Assembly (NCBI RefSeq): GCF_001194135.2 | Contig: NC_068987.1 | Location: 87,456,718 to 87,493,154, forward strand | Origin: Octopus bimaculoides | Lineage: Eukaryota | Length of the DNA: 36,437 nucleotides | Direction: 5' to 3' | Shown: piece after piece, positions 34,409 to 36,437 of the stretch | Layout of the letters: the number at the start of each line of letters is the position of its first letter | How positions within the stretch are numbered: position 1 is the stretch's first letter | Notes under the pieces: model-generated | What the model was told of the DNA's origin: nothing | Seen by the model: the letters and a program-made list of their open reading frames with translations, nothing else | Database searches by the model: none | Made by a program: the position numbers and the translations under genes

Positions 34409-35055
34409 TATTGAGACATCAAATAATTTCTCGTTGTCAGTCTTTTTTTATTGAAGTTTCACCCTTACTAAATAACAATGTTTTTCTGGCATATCTGACA
34501 ACGTCTAATTAGATAGTCTCAATATTGATAAAAGAACCAGCGAATTGTAATGCCTTATCTAGTAACGTACTAAAAATTGATGGGTAAAAATCTATGATGT
34601 CGAATTGTGTAAATCTTGCTTTATTTTTAATTCTTTTGAACCACTCTATCACTGGTGAATTATCGTTCTATTGTTTCGGGCCAGTGGTTTTCCTTATTTT
34701 ATCGTTAATGTTTCTAATTATTTTCTTAGATATTAGCCAAATTTCTGATATATCAGGATTCAATAGTCTGCATGTCGGCTTGTCTTGGAAATGGGGTTTG
34801 TGATCCTTTAATGCAATAAAGGCTTCTCTTTTGGCAATGCATTCTACACTATCGTCGATATTGCAACGGCTTGCGAGGTTTTTGGTTTCTTTGTTGATAT
34901 CGTAATATTTTTTGACATTGGTCTTCATATATTTTGCTGCGATAGAGTCTATTAATATTCTATCATGAGTTTCTCTTGTCATTTCTTGTAGGTTATTTGT
35001 TTTATCAGAAAAAAAGAATTTCTTATCAGAATTCTTAAAATTCTTAATATCTGAA
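34409..35055 (-). mobile_element. Penelope-like retroelement (Naiad-like) RT fragment
   Basis: SDKTNNL..INKETKNLA..AKREAFIALKDHKPHFQDKPTCRLLNP..ISKKII..Q*..VIEWF..QFDIIDFYPSI..LLDKALQFA..ARK[frameshift]TLLF..LFDVSI. The LKDHKxNF..CRLINP and FDIxxFYPSI motifs are characteristic. Truncated before the GSYDGAE-like motif. Confidence 0.85.
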
Positions 35056-35316
35056 AGTACTTATTCCATGGGACTCATTTGCCGTACCCCTAAGTTACGG
35101 GTACGTAACCACACCACCATAGGTTGTCAAGTGATGGTGGGGGGCACAAACACAGACACACAAACAAATGCAGTTTCCGTCTGCCTAATCCACAAGTCTT
35201 TGGTTGGCCCGAGACTATAGTAGAAGACACTTGCTCGAGGTGCCACCCAGTGGGATTGAAACCGGCACCATGTGGTTGGGAAGCAAGCTTCTTAATACAC
35301 AGTTGCGCCTGCGCCT
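35056..35316 (-). mobile_element. SINE family A, diverged, truncating the Naiad-like fragment
   Basis: ACTATAGTAGAAGACACTTGC..CATGTGGTTGGGAAGCAAGC..CCTGCGCC is the reverse complement of the family A head. Confidence 0.8.
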
Positions 35317-35814
35317 ATATACATATATACAACTTACGAACGAGGGATATAATGTCTTTATTTGTGAGTTAAGGCTACCATTGGATTCATGTTAATAAAA
35401 ATAGGAAAATTTCTTAGTGTCTTAACAGTTTTTCAAGCCGATCACATAGAGAAAGGTGTTCATCGCCATTTTGAATATATCATATTATATTATATTATCT
35501 ATTCACGCACACACGCACATATATGCGCACACGTGTGTTAATGTGTATCTACTTACACGTACTTTATAACATGATTTCAACATAATCATAAACACACGTA
35601 CAAATGTTTATCATTAACAGGACAACACTTCCCCACGGCACATAAATACAATACAATATTCAATGCAAACGTATCTCTGTCTAACATCATTAACGAAATT
35701 ATTTTCCCTCGAGCTGGCTATCTAGTTCATAAAGGCTGGCTATCTAGTTTCCATGGAGCATAAGTGACCGAAACCACATTCTTCTTAGCGAGACGCCAGT
35801 CTGTTGCAGGGATT

Positions 35815-35975
35815 AAGACCAACAATTTGTGTAATTACATCGACCCTGATACTTCAAGTGGTACTTTCTTTATCGACATCAGAGAGATGAAGGCTAAGTT
35901 GTCTTCGGCTGGATTTGAACTTAGAAAGTAAAATATCGCAAGAAATGCCCTCAAGCTAACGATTATGCTACTCAC
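35815..35975 (-). mobile_element. SINE family B, diverged
   Basis: ATTACATCGACCC..GGTACT..TATCGAC..GATGAAGGC..GGATTTGAACTTAG. Confidence 0.6.
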
Positions 35976-36398
35976 CAATTCAATAATGGAGGTTAAATTA
36001 AATGGTTCCTTTGGGTTTATAAAATAGATTAGAATTTTAACTTCACAGAAGCGAACTTCTTTCTTTGCGGCACTGAACATACTTTAATATATATATCACT
36101 ACACCATGCTTTAAATATTTCAGAAATATCATGTTTGTCCTGGCTTAATTTGCTGATAAAGCAACTATAGATCAATATCGGTTTCGTGCTATTGGTACAC
36201 AAAAGTCAATTTCATGTAAAGTAATTTCCAAAGATAAAACCAGATGTCAAATTATTTTACGCTACCGATATCCAATTTTAAGAAGTGGTTACAAGAACGA
36301 GGTCAAGACATTTTCACCTTCTCTTTATCATTATTACTCGACAGAATGACAGTCTGTGATTATTTCAGTGTCTACGTATTTACGTCTGTGTTTATATA

Positions 36399-36437
<39 letters not shown>

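Overview
AT-rich, repeat-dominated eukaryotic DNA with four assembly gaps (6884-6893, 12415-13057, 21873-22244, 33706-33868). The SINE families resemble those I recall from Octopus; this assignment is inference, not a database match. I cannot support any intact host protein-coding gene, rRNA, true tRNA or CRISPR array. Most ORFs in the track come from microsatellites, N-gaps or SINEs. The window holds about 25 tRNA-derived SINE copies in 3-4 families and several degraded Tc1/mariner transposases. It also holds two MITE-like elements, an old LINE apparently split by later insertions, and fragments of two Penelope-like retroelements (a Neptune-like zinc-linker/GIY-YIG end and a Naiad-like RT). 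The most notable non-coding signal is a set of Penelope-type minimal type I hammerhead ribozyme motifs. Two are near-intact (33370-33445 on +, 34346-34389 on -) and about five are degenerate. All were folded by eye, and their activity is untested.
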